From contig JAQUKH010000006.1 of the NCBI GenBank assembly GCA_028719205.1, positions 62,001-92,853 of the forward strand: a DNA stretch of 30,853 bases. The letters are read 5' to 3'. A program made the position numbers and the translations under genes. The notes beneath the pieces are model-generated. The model did no database searches. It was given only the letters and a program-made list of their open reading frames with translations, and was not told the origin of the DNA. Source of the stretch: a bacterium (GTDB lineage Bacteria; JACRDZ01; JAQUKH01). Positions 1-9,216 of the stretch are shown here, in pieces (position 1 is the first letter of the stretch; every line of letters begins with the position of its first letter).

Positions 1-2433
1 ATCATTATATAATTCTTTGTTTAAATACGCGGTGCCCAGTTCGGAATATATTATAAAAATATTTTTATCTGTTTTAAGGGCGTCTTCAAATTCAAAAATT
101 GCTTTGTCATAAGACTTCTGCCTGGACAACGCGGCTCCGAGATAATAATGCGCGGATCCATTTTGGGGCTGCAGTTTTATTGTTTTACTGAATTTGTTTT
201 CTGCTTCCGGCCATTTACCCTGTTTAAAGTAAATAATACCTAAATAGTAATACGCGTCATAATTATCAGGATAAAGTTCAATTTCTTTCTGTAAATTCAG
301 GGCGCCTTCCTGGAATTTGTTCTGTTTGAAAAGGTTATATCCTAAGATAAAATGATCCGTGACAGGCGCGCCCGGAGAGCTCTCGATGCCGCTTGGGGTT
401 ACAGCAGAGACCTTATAATAAGGGGACCGCGTTAAAGTGCTGTCCAGAGGCGCGGAGATAATAAAAAAATTTTCCCGGGTTTTATCAATAAAAGTATAAT
501 TGCCGGTGAGTTCATCATTTTTATAAATATTATATTCAGATACAAATGATTCAGGATTTTTTTTCCATGTAAGTTTTATTTCTTTTTCATTTCCATAAGA
601 AGCCAATTCGCCCGGAGCCTGCGGAGCTTCATGCAGGGCAAAAATCTGGACGCGCTTATTTTCCGTGTCCGCGACGTATATGTAATTTTGATTGTTCAGA
701 TTTTTTACCGCAAGGCCCTGAGGGGTATTAAATTGCCCCATTCCTTTTCCTTCACTGCCGAATTCCATAATAAATTTAGCAGTATTGTCAATGATCTGTA
801 CCCGGTTATTTCCTTTATCAAGCACATATATCTTTTTATCCTTATCCGTGCTGAGGCTGACCGGTTTATCAAATTCCACTTTTCCCTTTCCGTTCTTGCC
901 AAAAGATAATTCATTGTTAAAATTAGCATAATATTTCTGTACGCGGTCATTCCCGGTATCAGCTACATAAATTATTCCATCCTGATCCAAAGCTATATCC
1001 TCAGGGCTATCCAGTTGATTCACCTTATTTCCTGATACCCCGAATTTACTTAAAAATACCCCGTCTTTATTAAATATCTGAACGCAATCATTTTTTTTAT
1101 CGGATACATAAAGTTTTTCACCTTTTTCATCATAAACAAGCCCGGAAGGGCTTAAAAATTCACCTTTTTCTTCTCCTTTGCGGCCAAATCCGAATAAATA
1201 TACTCCTGAAGAATCAAACACCTGGATACGATAATTTTTATTGTCGGATACGGCTATGTTGCCGCCGGGGCTTACTGCCAGGCCTGTCGGGTTTTCAAAT
1301 TTTCCTTTATCTTTTCCTTCCCCGCCAAAAACAAATTTTGATGTTCCGGCGGAATCAAATACCCCTATATTGTTATTTTCAATACTGGATACGTAAATAT
1401 TGCCGTAACTGTCTACTGTTATATCATTTGCCCTGCAGGGTATTTCGCGGATAAATACTACTTCAATAGGCCTCTGGGCGGAAAGTGTGTTATTTGTTTC
1501 ACCATCGGATATGATCTCGTAAACTTCCACGCGGTTATTCTTTTTATCAGCGATATATAATCTATTTTTTTTGTCCATATATATGCTTGAAAGTTCCAGG
1601 AACTGGCCCCGGCCGCTTCCTTTACTTCCAAAAGAATATAAAAAATCGCCCGTATTTGAGAATACATGAATACAGTTGTTTTCTATGTCCGTCGCGTATA
1701 GTATCCCGTTTCCGCTTATCGCGGCGGAAGAAAGCTGCTTGAATTTTTTGCTGTCTTTATCCCCGATCTTTAAAACAAAATATCCCATTAAATTTAATTT
1801 TTGTATACGGTTATTATCCTGGTCAACAACAAAAATATTACGTTCATTATCCACGACTACGCTTGACGGGTAATTGAACTGAGTGGGCAGGTTACCTGAA
1901 ACACCAAAGGACGCAATAAATATCCCCTGGCGGGTGAATACCTGGATACAGTCATTGCCGCTGTCCGCTATATAGATAAAATCATATAGATCTATGGCGA
2001 TCCCGCTTGGAGAGTTAAATTTGCCTTTTTGATTTCCTTTTTCCCCAAAAGCATAAAGATATTTACCGGTATCATCAAAAACCTGAATACGGTGATTGCC
2101 GTGTTCGGACACATATATTTCATCGTGACTGTTTACAGCTATCCCAAAAGGCGTATTAAATTCTCCGTTGCCGGATCCTTTTTTACCGAATTGATAAAGA
2201 AATTCCCCTTTGTTATCGAATACCTGTATACGGTGATTATCACTGTCAACAATATAGATATTACCTTTGCTATCGCCGGCAACCCCCTGAATATTTTTAA
2301 ATTCTTTTGGATTAATGCCTTTTTTCCCTGAAATTTCAAAAAGAAAATTTACTTTTTCAGCATAAAGATAAGAAGAAGTAAAGTGTAAACAGCATAAGAC
2401 ATAGAATAAAATAATAGAAATTGTTTTTCTCAT
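1..2433 (-). CDS. Secreted NHL-repeat (beta-propeller) + fibronectin type III + TPR protein, 3'-truncated by the window edge
   Basis: Not in the ORF track because it has no stop in the window. Hand translation of segments from ATG 2433 (AAGGA upstream): signal peptide MRKTISIILFYVLCC..., NHL repeats (GNIYIVDSDNHRIQVFD; EFNTPFGIAVNSHDEIYVSEHGNHRIQVFD), an FN3-like stretch (IKLTWKKNPE...YYKVSAV), then TPRs (AYYYLGIIYFKQGKWPEA). Confidence 0.85.
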   Translation of the reverse strand, partial: MRKTISIILFYVLCCLHFTSSYLYAEKVNFLFEISGKKGINPKEFKNIQGVAGDSKGNIYIVDSDNHRIQVFDNKGEFLYQFGKKGSGNGEFNTPFGIAVNSHDEIYVSEHGNHRIQVFDDTGKYLYAFGEKGNQKGKFNSPSGIAIDLYDFIYIADSGNDCIQVFTRQGIFIASFGVSGNLPTQFNYPSSVVVDNERNIFVVDQDNNRIQKLNLMGYFVLKIGDKDSKKFKQLSSAAISGNGILYATDIENNCIHVFSNTGDFLYSFGSKGSGRGQFLELSSIYMDKKNRLYIADKKNNRVEVYEIISDGETNNTLSAQRPIEVVFIREIPCRANDITVDSYGNIYVSSIENNNIGVFDSAGTSKFVFGGEGKDKGKFENPTGLAVSPGGNIAVSDNKNYRIQVFDSSGVYLFGFGRKGEEKGEFLSPSGLVYDEKGEKLYVSDKKNDCVQIFNKDGVFLSKFGVSGNKVNQLDSPEDIALDQDGIIYVADTGNDRVQKYYANFNNELSFGKNGKGKVEFDKPVSLSTDKDKKIYVLDKGNNRVQIIDNTAKFIMEFGSEGKGMGQFNTPQGLAVKNLNNQNYIYVADTENKRVQIFALHEAPQAPGELASYGNEKEIKLTWKKNPESFVSEYNIYKNDELTGNYTFIDKTRENFFIISAPLDSTLTRSPYYKVSAVTPSGIESSPGAPVTDHFILGYNLFKQNKFQEGALNLQKEIELYPDNYDAYYYLGIIYFKQGKWPEAENKFSKTIKLQPQNGSAHYYLGAALSRQKSYDKAIFEFEDALKTDKNIFIIYSELGTAYLNKELYND

Positions 2434-2449
2434 AAATGTCCTTTTACGG

Positions 2450-3145
2450 TTATTTGGTTTTTTCTTTCAAAGATTTTAACGCGTTTTCAATACTTTGTTT
2501 TTTCTTGAGTTCTTTCTGCGCTTTTTCTTTTTCCGCTAATTCCAATTCCTTTTTCTTTCTTTCTTCCTCAGCTTGTTTCTTTTGCTGCGCTCCGAGAGTT
2601 TTCTGGCGCCCTATCTCATCTTCGCATTGAGAAATATACCCTAGTATCTGGTCTTTGTCTTTACTGTTCGGGAAGGCTTGAAGTATTTTATTATAGGCTT
2701 CTATAGCTTCAATATATTTGCCTTTTTTCTGCAATTCCATCGCGGAGCTTAATGAATTTTCAGCCTGATTGCCGGTCAGCGAATCTATTCTTTTATTTAT
2801 TTCCCCGGATATGTAGGAACCCGGGTTTTTATTGATTAAATCTCTCAGGATAAATAAACCTGCGTCATTATATTTTTCGTTTACAAGTATATCCGCGATC
2901 GAAACTGTTTTTTCGATCTCCATTTCTTTTTCACAATCAGCTTTTGATTTTTCAGCTTTCTCAACCAGGCTGCTTTCGGAATATTTATAAATAATGATCC
3001 CGTATTCCGAAATAGCTCCGGCAAAATTTCCATTTGCTTCTAATTCTTCCCCTTTACGAAAATGATCTTCCGCTTCTTTTTCAACATTTACGCATCCGGC
3101 CATAAGAAATAAAGAGAAAATAAAAATAAAAATTTTACGCTGCAT
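2450..3145 (-). CDS. TPR-containing lipoprotein (BamD/YfiO-like fold)
   Basis: Lipobox LMAGC; TPR-like helices (GKYIEAIEAYNKILQAFPNS); K/E-rich tail. Confidence 0.7.
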   Translation of the reverse strand: MQRKIFIFIFSLFLMAGCVNVEKEAEDHFRKGEELEANGNFAGAISEYGIIIYKYSESSLVEKAEKSKADCEKEMEIEKTVSIADILVNEKYNDAGLFILRDLINKNPGSYISGEINKRIDSLTGNQAENSLSSAMELQKKGKYIEAIEAYNKILQAFPNSKDKDQILGYISQCEDEIGRQKTLGAQQKKQAEEERKKKELELAEKEKAQKELKKKQSIENALKSLKEKTK

Positions 3146-3262
3146 GATTTATGCCCCCTTTAAATTAATAAGGATGAAATTGAAAAATTTAATCAATTAT
3201 AATACCTATTTTGGTATAATCAAAGGGAAAAAATAGAAATAATTGATGGTGTATAATTTAAT

Positions 3263-3289
3263 TAAAATTTTGGACGTTTTTGCCGATAT
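3263..3289 (+). promoter_or_regulatory. Sigma-28 (FliA/SigD)-type promoter
   Basis: TAAA (3263-3266), 15-nt spacer, GCCGATAT (3282-3289), 24 nt upstream of ATG 3314. Confidence 0.6.
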
Positions 3290-3313
3290 ATAAAATTAAA
3301 AAAGGGGAATATA

Positions 3314-3622
3314 ATGGCTAAACTAAACTGCTGGGAATTCAAGAAATGCGGACGGGAGCGGGGAGGTGCCAAGGCCGGTGAATTAGGTGTTTGCCTGGCA
3401 AATACGGAGGTCCGTGTGAACGGGATCAACGGAGGCATGAATGGCGGCCGTGCCTGTTGGCCGATCGCCGGGACACTATGCGGGGGAGCGATCCAGGGAA
3501 CTTTTGCGATGAAATTAGGGAATTGCCTGAAGTGTGAATTCTATCAATTGGTTACGGCTGAAGAAAAAAAGAATCACCAAAGTTCAAAAGATATATTGAA
3601 GAAACTTAAAAATATTTCTTAG
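3314..3622 (+). CDS. Small Cys-rich two-CW-domain protein
   Basis: NCWEFKKC...C...ACWPIAGTLCGG...CLKCEFY pattern; GGGGA RBS. Confidence 0.75.
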   Translation: MAKLNCWEFKKCGRERGGAKAGELGVCLANTEVRVNGINGGMNGGRACWPIAGTLCGGAIQGTFAMKLGNCLKCEFYQLVTAEEKKNHQSSKDILKKLKNIS

Positions 3623-5315
3623 GCGGTTGTATAAAATCCCTTTGCTGTTTACGTTCGGCAAAGGTTTTTGGTACATAGACCTTTTCCCCTGTAAACGGAT
3701 GTTTTTCTGTCCAGTATATACAGGTGGATAATGTTGAAGGGGACGGGGTAAAATCCTGGATCTGTTCAGGCCTTATATGTTTTTCTAAAAGATATTCCCT
3801 GAGTTCTTCAGCCTCTTTAAGGCTGGTTCCTGGATGGCTTGTAATGAAATAATTGACGACAAAAATATCCTTTTCGATCTTCTTTTTTATCTGATTGAAT
3901 ATTCCGGTGAATTTCTCATAAACCGAAAGGGGCGGTTTATTCATGATCTTTAAAACATTGTCATCTATGTGTTCAGGTGCGACTTTCATCTGCCCGCTGA
4001 CATGAAATCTGCATATTTCTTCAAAATAATCCAGGGCTTCATCTTCGACTAAAAGATCATATCTTATCCCGCTTCCAAGAAAAATATGTTTGATACCAGG
4101 GATAGCGCGGGCTTTGCGGTATAATTCCAGGCATTCTTTATATCCCAGTTTGAGATTTTTGCATTTTTGAGGGATCAGGCATTTTTGTTCGGAGCAAAAA
4201 TTATTTTTCTGCCATAATGAACATTGCGCCTGATAAAGGTTAGCCGTAGGGCCGCCGATGTCTGAGATCGTTCCTTTAAAATCACTTTTTTTTGAAAGAA
4301 GCGCGGCTTCTTTTAAAATAGACTCCATGCTTCGGCTCTGGACGATCCGGCCCTGGTGGAAATAAATACTGCAAAAAGAACATTCTCCACAGCACCCGCG
4401 ATGCGCGGTGATGGAACATCTTACTATTTCAAATCCCGGTATGCCGCCGGATTTGTTATAAGAATAATGCCAGTTATGGATAAAAGGAAGGCTGTAAAGT
4501 TCATCTAATTCTTTTGTCGAAAGCGGCAGCGCGGGAGGAAATTGGATCAGGAATCTCTGGTCATATTTTTGCGCGAGCGGTTTAGCTGTTAGAGGGTTCA
4601 TTTGTTGATAACAGATATTAAACGCTTCACTGAATTTTTCCTTATTTTCTTTAACCTCTTCGAAAGAGGGTAATAAAATACATTCCTTTATAAAATCGAT
4701 ATTTTTTCTTATAACAACAGTTCCCCTGATATTATCCAGGTCTTTGACTTTTTCTCCCTGTTTTAGTCTTTCGGCGATCTCCCAAACCTGCCTTTCACCC
4801 ATCCCATAGACTAAAATATCCGCCTTCGAATCTAAAAGGATCGAGCGCCTGACCTTATTATCCCAGTAATCATAATGGGCTACACGCCGGAGGCTCGCTT
4901 CAATGCCGCCTAAAATGACCGGCACATCTCCGAATAGTTCCCGAAGCCGGTTTGTGTAAACGACCGTGGCACGGTCAGGCCTGAAACCTGCTTTTCCACC
5001 GGGAGAGTAATCGTCATTATGGCGGATCTTTTTGTTCGCGGTGTAATTGGCGATCATTGAATCTATATTTCCCGCGGTCACGCCGAAAAAAAGGCGGGGT
5101 TTCCCTAGCCTCGCGAAATCTTCTTTGTTTTTCCAGTCAGGTTGCGCGATTACGCCGACTTTAAACCCTTTGCTCTCAAGAAAACGCCCGATCAATGCCG
5201 TGCCGTATGTAGGATGGTCCACGTAGGCGTCCCCGCTGACAAGGATAATATCAAGCTCTTTCCAACCGCGTTCTTTTAGGTCTTCTTTTGAAGTTGGTAA
5301 AAATTTATCTTTCAT
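3606..5315 (-). CDS. ygiQ: YgiQ (UPF0313) family radical SAM protein
   Basis: GDAYVDHP, GGIEASLRR, HRGCCGECSFC (CxxxCxxC), DIGGPTAN, KVAPEH, QIQDFTPSP motifs. Confidence 0.9.
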   Translation of the reverse strand: MKDKFLPTSKEDLKERGWKELDIILVSGDAYVDHPTYGTALIGRFLESKGFKVGVIAQPDWKNKEDFARLGKPRLFFGVTAGNIDSMIANYTANKKIRHNDDYSPGGKAGFRPDRATVVYTNRLRELFGDVPVILGGIEASLRRVAHYDYWDNKVRRSILLDSKADILVYGMGERQVWEIAERLKQGEKVKDLDNIRGTVVIRKNIDFIKECILLPSFEEVKENKEKFSEAFNICYQQMNPLTAKPLAQKYDQRFLIQFPPALPLSTKELDELYSLPFIHNWHYSYNKSGGIPGFEIVRCSITAHRGCCGECSFCSIYFHQGRIVQSRSMESILKEAALLSKKSDFKGTISDIGGPTANLYQAQCSLWQKNNFCSEQKCLIPQKCKNLKLGYKECLELYRKARAIPGIKHIFLGSGIRYDLLVEDEALDYFEEICRFHVSGQMKVAPEHIDDNVLKIMNKPPLSVYEKFTGIFNQIKKKIEKDIFVVNYFITSHPGTSLKEAEELREYLLEKHIRPEQIQDFTPSPSTLSTCIYWTEKHPFTGEKVYVPKTFAERKQQRDFIQPPKKYF

Positions 5316-5343
5316 AATGAACTATTTCTTTGGATATATCACC

Positions 5344-5372
5344 TTGACAGTCAGAACAAATTATGTTTTAAT
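5344..5372 (+). promoter_or_regulatory. Sigma-70-type promoter for the 5443-8354 gene cluster
   Basis: TTGACA-17 nt-TTTAAT with an extended -10 TG. Confidence 0.5.
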
Positions 5373-5442
5373 CCTTACTTATTAAAAACAGCATTAACTC
5401 TAAAAAAATTAAACATAAATATATAATTTATTATAGCCTATT

Positions 5443-6438
5443 ATGCAGAAAAAAGCAGTAGTTTTATTGTCAGGCGGGCTGGATAGCACATTAGCCCTTA
5501 AATTAATGATGGAACAGGGGATTGAGGTCTATCCTTTGAATTTTGTCTCCATTTTTTGCCGGTGCAACCGGAAGGGATGCCATGAGGCGACCAGGGTAGC
5601 GGAAGAATTCGGATTAAAAGTCAAGTTAATGGAAAAAGGGCCGGAGTATCTGGATATCCTGAAAAAACCACCGCATGGTTACGGCAAGAATATGAATCCC
5701 TGCATTGATTGCCGGATCTTTATGCTGAAAAAGGCTAAAAAATATATGGAAGAAGTAGGCGCCTCGTTCATGGTGACCGGTGAGGTTCTGGGACAGCGCC
5801 CGATGTCGCAAAGGCGGGAGGCAATGAACCTTATTGATAAAGAGGCGGATGTCCAGGGCTTGGTCCTGCGCCCGCTTTCGGCGTCATTTTTCCCTGAGAC
5901 TGAAATGGTGAAGTCCGGTTTGATCGATCTTAAAAAACTACCGTCAATTTCAGGCCGTTCACGGAAAGAGCAGATAAAACTGGCTGAGGAAAAAGAGATC
6001 AAAGATTATCCGTGTCCAGCTGGAGGCTGTCTTTTAACAGACCCCGCGTTCGGTAAGAGATTAAAAGAATCCTTTAAACATGGAGAAAATTCGTTAAAAG
6101 AAATTTTGCGTTTAAAGGTCGGTAGGCATTTCCGTTTAAAAAACGGTATAAAGATAATAGTCGGACGTAGTGAGACAGATAATAATCAACTGGAGAATAT
6201 GCAGTCTGAAGGAGAATATCTTCTGCAGGTTGAGATCATTCCCGGGCCGGTGGTTCTTTTGAAAGCTGATTGTGATGAGGCGACATTAAAAATAGCCGCC
6301 GGGATTTGTATAAGCTACAGTGATTCGCCTGAGGCGAATAAGTCGGAATCCGTTTTAGTCAGGAAAAAAGACGGGAAAACAAATATAATCAGAGCTGACA
6401 AGGTTGATATGTCGGTAGTAAATGAGTTTATGCTTTAG
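5443..6438 (+). CDS. ThiI/MnmA-like PP-loop tRNA thiolation protein with C-terminal DUF814-like domain
   Basis: PP-loop SGGLDS, NPCIDC, TGEVLGQRPMSQ, PAGGCLLTD, GRHFRL motifs. Confidence 0.75.
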   Translation: MQKKAVVLLSGGLDSTLALKLMMEQGIEVYPLNFVSIFCRCNRKGCHEATRVAEEFGLKVKLMEKGPEYLDILKKPPHGYGKNMNPCIDCRIFMLKKAKKYMEEVGASFMVTGEVLGQRPMSQRREAMNLIDKEADVQGLVLRPLSASFFPETEMVKSGLIDLKKLPSISGRSRKEQIKLAEEKEIKDYPCPAGGCLLTDPAFGKRLKESFKHGENSLKEILRLKVGRHFRLKNGIKIIVGRSETDNNQLENMQSEGEYLLQVEIIPGPVVLLKADCDEATLKIAAGICISYSDSPEANKSESVLVRKKDGKTNIIRADKVDMSVVNEFML

Positions 6439-6449
6439 ATAGGTTGATA

Positions 6450-7109
6450 ATGAAAAACTTTTTAAAAGGAAAAAAAATTCTTGTTTCAGCGGGGTCGACG
6501 TGGGTTGCCATTGACCGGGTAAGGGTAATGACCAGTATTTTTACCGGCAGGACGGGGCTTGCGATCGCGGAATATGCCTGTCAGCAGGGGGCTGATGTAA
6601 CCCTTCTTATGGGATATGGAAGTGTATTTCCGGATAAAAAACTCAAGGATAAGGTCAGGGTTATCAATTTTAAATATTTTGATGAGTTGTATGATCTGAT
6701 AGAGAAGGAAGTTACAAGTAAAAAATATGATGTTCTGATACATTCAGCCGCTGTTTCAGATTACAAACCTGAAAAAATTACTGATGGTAAAATTGGATCA
6801 GGCCGGAAAAATTTAACGATTAAGTTAAAACCCGCCATAAAAATAGTTGATAAAGTTAAAGCTTTTGATCCTTCCATATTTTTGGTAAAATTCAAACTGG
6901 AAGTTGATAAAGCGGATAAAGAATTAATTGAAATTGCGTATAAAAGTATGTTAACGTCACAGGCGGATCTGATCGTGGCAAATAATTTATCTGTCATGGA
7001 AGGAAAGGGCAATACTTATATCATTGACCCGGCTAAGAACATAGTTAAGGTAAAAGATAGAAAAAATTTGCCTGGGGATCTATTAAAGCTTGTGAATCAA
7101 AATTTATAA
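6450..7109 (+). CDS. coaB: Stand-alone phosphopantothenate--cysteine ligase-like protein (CoaB half of Dfp)
   Basis: ILVSAGST..IDRVR, HSAAVSDY, LVKFKLE, DLIVAN motifs. ATG 6450 preferred over TTG 6444. Confidence 0.75.
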   Translation: MKNFLKGKKILVSAGSTWVAIDRVRVMTSIFTGRTGLAIAEYACQQGADVTLLMGYGSVFPDKKLKDKVRVINFKYFDELYDLIEKEVTSKKYDVLIHSAAVSDYKPEKITDGKIGSGRKNLTIKLKPAIKIVDKVKAFDPSIFLVKFKLEVDKADKELIEIAYKSMLTSQADLIVANNLSVMEGKGNTYIIDPAKNIVKVKDRKNLPGDLLKLVNQNL

Positions 7110-7136
7110 ACCATAAATTTACAGAGGGGTTCCATT

Positions 7137-8354
7137 ATGCGAAGATATTTTAAGTTAATTATCGTTTTGGTTTTGTTTTTTCCCGTGAGCGGATGTTTAA
7201 AAAAACCCGCACCGGCATTACCTCCGTCATATACTGAGCTTACAACCAATTTAAAGACAGGGGATATTGTTCATATCCAGACAGGCTATGTCGTCAGTGA
7301 AAAAAATATGATTGATATTATCAGGGGGTCGCGGATCATTTATATCGGAGAAACGCATGATAATATTGAAGCCCACCGGGTGCAGCTGGATGTGATAAAA
7401 AAATTGTACGAATTAGATCCGGATAATCTTTCTATCGGCATGGAAATGTTCCCAAAATCTTATCAAAAAGTGCTGGATAAATGGTCTCGAGGGGAGCTTA
7501 CTGAAAAGGAGTTTATCAAACAGGTTAAATGGTATTCCACCTGGGGAACAGATTTTAAGTATTACGCTGATATCTTTAGTTTTATTAAAGAAAAAAAATT
7601 GCCTCTGATCGGGCTTAATGTTCCGCAGGAGATTATAAAAGATATGAGGATCAATGGTATTGAAAGAACAAAGGAGATATATAAAGAAGATATTCCTGAG
7701 ATAGATACAAGTGATCCTTATTATTTAAGTTTTATGAAGTCTTATTTTTCCGGGCATGGAAGTACCGGAAGGGGATTAGAAACATTCATTCAGATTCAGG
7801 CCATGTGGGATGAAATTATGGCTAAAACAGTTGTTGATTATTTAGCGCGGAAGGATGGGATGAAAATGGTAGTTCTCGCGGGCGGGAACCATGTGAACTA
7901 CGGGTTTGGAATTCCCCGCCGCGCTTTTCGGCAAATGCCTCTTCCTTATAGGATAATTATCCCGAAAGAAATATCTATCCCTGAGGATAAAAAAGAAAAG
8001 TTAATGAATGTAGATCTGCCGGATATGAAAATTCCTGTGGCGGATTTTTTATGGATGGTAAACTACACGGATTTTGATAATGAAAAAATCCGTTTAGGGG
8101 TAATGATAGACGATACGCAGGGTAAAATTGTAGTAAAAAGTATTATTCCGGCCAGCCTCGCGGAAAAATCAGGAATTACGGCCGGGGATGTTATCAGTAA
8201 ATTTAACAATGAGATCCTGACAGAAAATTCTGACCTGATTTATTTACTGGACAAGGAAAAACCGGGAAACCATGCAGTATTGGAAATTATAAGAGGAGAA
8301 GCACATTTAAAAATAGACGTGACCTTAACAATAAGTTCTTCTAAAATTCATTAG
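7137..8354 (+). CDS. ChaN-family lipoprotein with C-terminal PDZ domain
   Basis: Lipobox VSGC; IYIGETHD, IGMEMF, QAMWDEIMA, GGNHVNYGFGIP; PDZ-like LGVMI...AEKSGITAGDVI. Confidence 0.8.
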   Translation: MRRYFKLIIVLVLFFPVSGCLKKPAPALPPSYTELTTNLKTGDIVHIQTGYVVSEKNMIDIIRGSRIIYIGETHDNIEAHRVQLDVIKKLYELDPDNLSIGMEMFPKSYQKVLDKWSRGELTEKEFIKQVKWYSTWGTDFKYYADIFSFIKEKKLPLIGLNVPQEIIKDMRINGIERTKEIYKEDIPEIDTSDPYYLSFMKSYFSGHGSTGRGLETFIQIQAMWDEIMAKTVVDYLARKDGMKMVVLAGGNHVNYGFGIPRRAFRQMPLPYRIIIPKEISIPEDKKEKLMNVDLPDMKIPVADFLWMVNYTDFDNEKIRLGVMIDDTQGKIVVKSIIPASLAEKSGITAGDVISKFNNEILTENSDLIYLLDKEKPGNHAVLEIIRGEAHLKIDVTLTISSSKIH

Positions 8355-8363
8355 TTTATATTT

Positions 8364-9017
8364 TTATTTTCCACTAATAATATTTACATTTTCGAAGGTA
8401 TCTAATTTGCTTAGATCCATTTTCAGGGGAGATGGATCAATTATATTATTGTCTTTAATAGTTATTTTCCATTGTCCCGCCGCAGGTTCAAATGTTAAAA
8501 TGTATTCACCTTTTTCATTAGTTGTGGCAGAAGAATAAATTTTGTTATTACAGAATAATTCCAGAGATATATTAGCGTAAAGGGTTATGGCATCCCTTTT
8601 ATAGACTTTTCCTGAAATTATAACACGGGTCTGTTTAAGCGTATAATCCGCGTCTTTTATATTTTGCCCCTGTTGAAGCTTTATTGGTATATTTGGTTTT
8701 TTAACATATTCATAAGTCTTTTTCATTTTTTGAGGGAATTCAATTGACAAATAATAATTTCCTTCCGGCAGGTTTCCAAACTCATATTTCCCTGTATTGT
8801 CGGTAGACGTGTTATCCACTATGGCTTTTCCTTCCCAAAAGAACGAATCTTTTGCTTCTTTTTCAGAATAGTTCTTTAGCCAAATTTTTATTCCTTTTAT
8901 GGGAGTACCGTTTGTAGATAATATTTTCCCGCTAATTGAACTGGGTTTTGCGCTTTGGGTTTGTTTGATTAATAAAAAAGCAGACAGAAATATTAATAGA
9001 AAAACGATTTTTTTCAT
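8364..9017 (-). CDS. Secreted carboxypeptidase-regulatory-like (prealbumin fold) domain protein
   Basis: Signal peptide; two ISGK...TD/TNxxGxY repeats (STDNTGKYEFGNLPEGNYYL; TTNEKGEYIL). Confidence 0.65.
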   Translation of the reverse strand: MKKIVFLLIFLSAFLLIKQTQSAKPSSISGKILSTNGTPIKGIKIWLKNYSEKEAKDSFFWEGKAIVDNTSTDNTGKYEFGNLPEGNYYLSIEFPQKMKKTYEYVKKPNIPIKLQQGQNIKDADYTLKQTRVIISGKVYKRDAITLYANISLELFCNNKIYSSATTNEKGEYILTFEPAAGQWKITIKDNNIIDPSPLKMDLSKLDTFENVNIISGK

Positions 9018-9142
9018 AATATTTTCTCCTTATCGATATAATTTGTTATACCTTAAATAAGCATATTCGGTTTCTTAACCAAGGCTATTATACAATAATA
9101 ATGTAATATTTGAGAAATATAATTTTATTAACAAGAATACTA

Positions 9143-9171
9143 TTGACATTAGCAGATAAGAGAAATAGAAT
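9143..9171 (+). promoter_or_regulatory. Sigma-70-type promoter of nrdD
   Basis: TTGACA-17 nt-TAGAAT; GGAGG RBS before ATG 9217. Confidence 0.65.
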
Positions 9172-9216
9172 GTAGGGCAATTGATATAATTTATAAAAAT
9201 AAATCTGGAGGTAAAA

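Noticed and set aside
631-2630. Short track ORFs at 631-2630
   Set aside because: They are shadows overlapping the long minus-strand NHL gene or the lipoprotein gene.
9075-9216. NrdR boxes upstream of nrdD
   Set aside because: No convincing match to the palindromic consensus in this AT-rich region.
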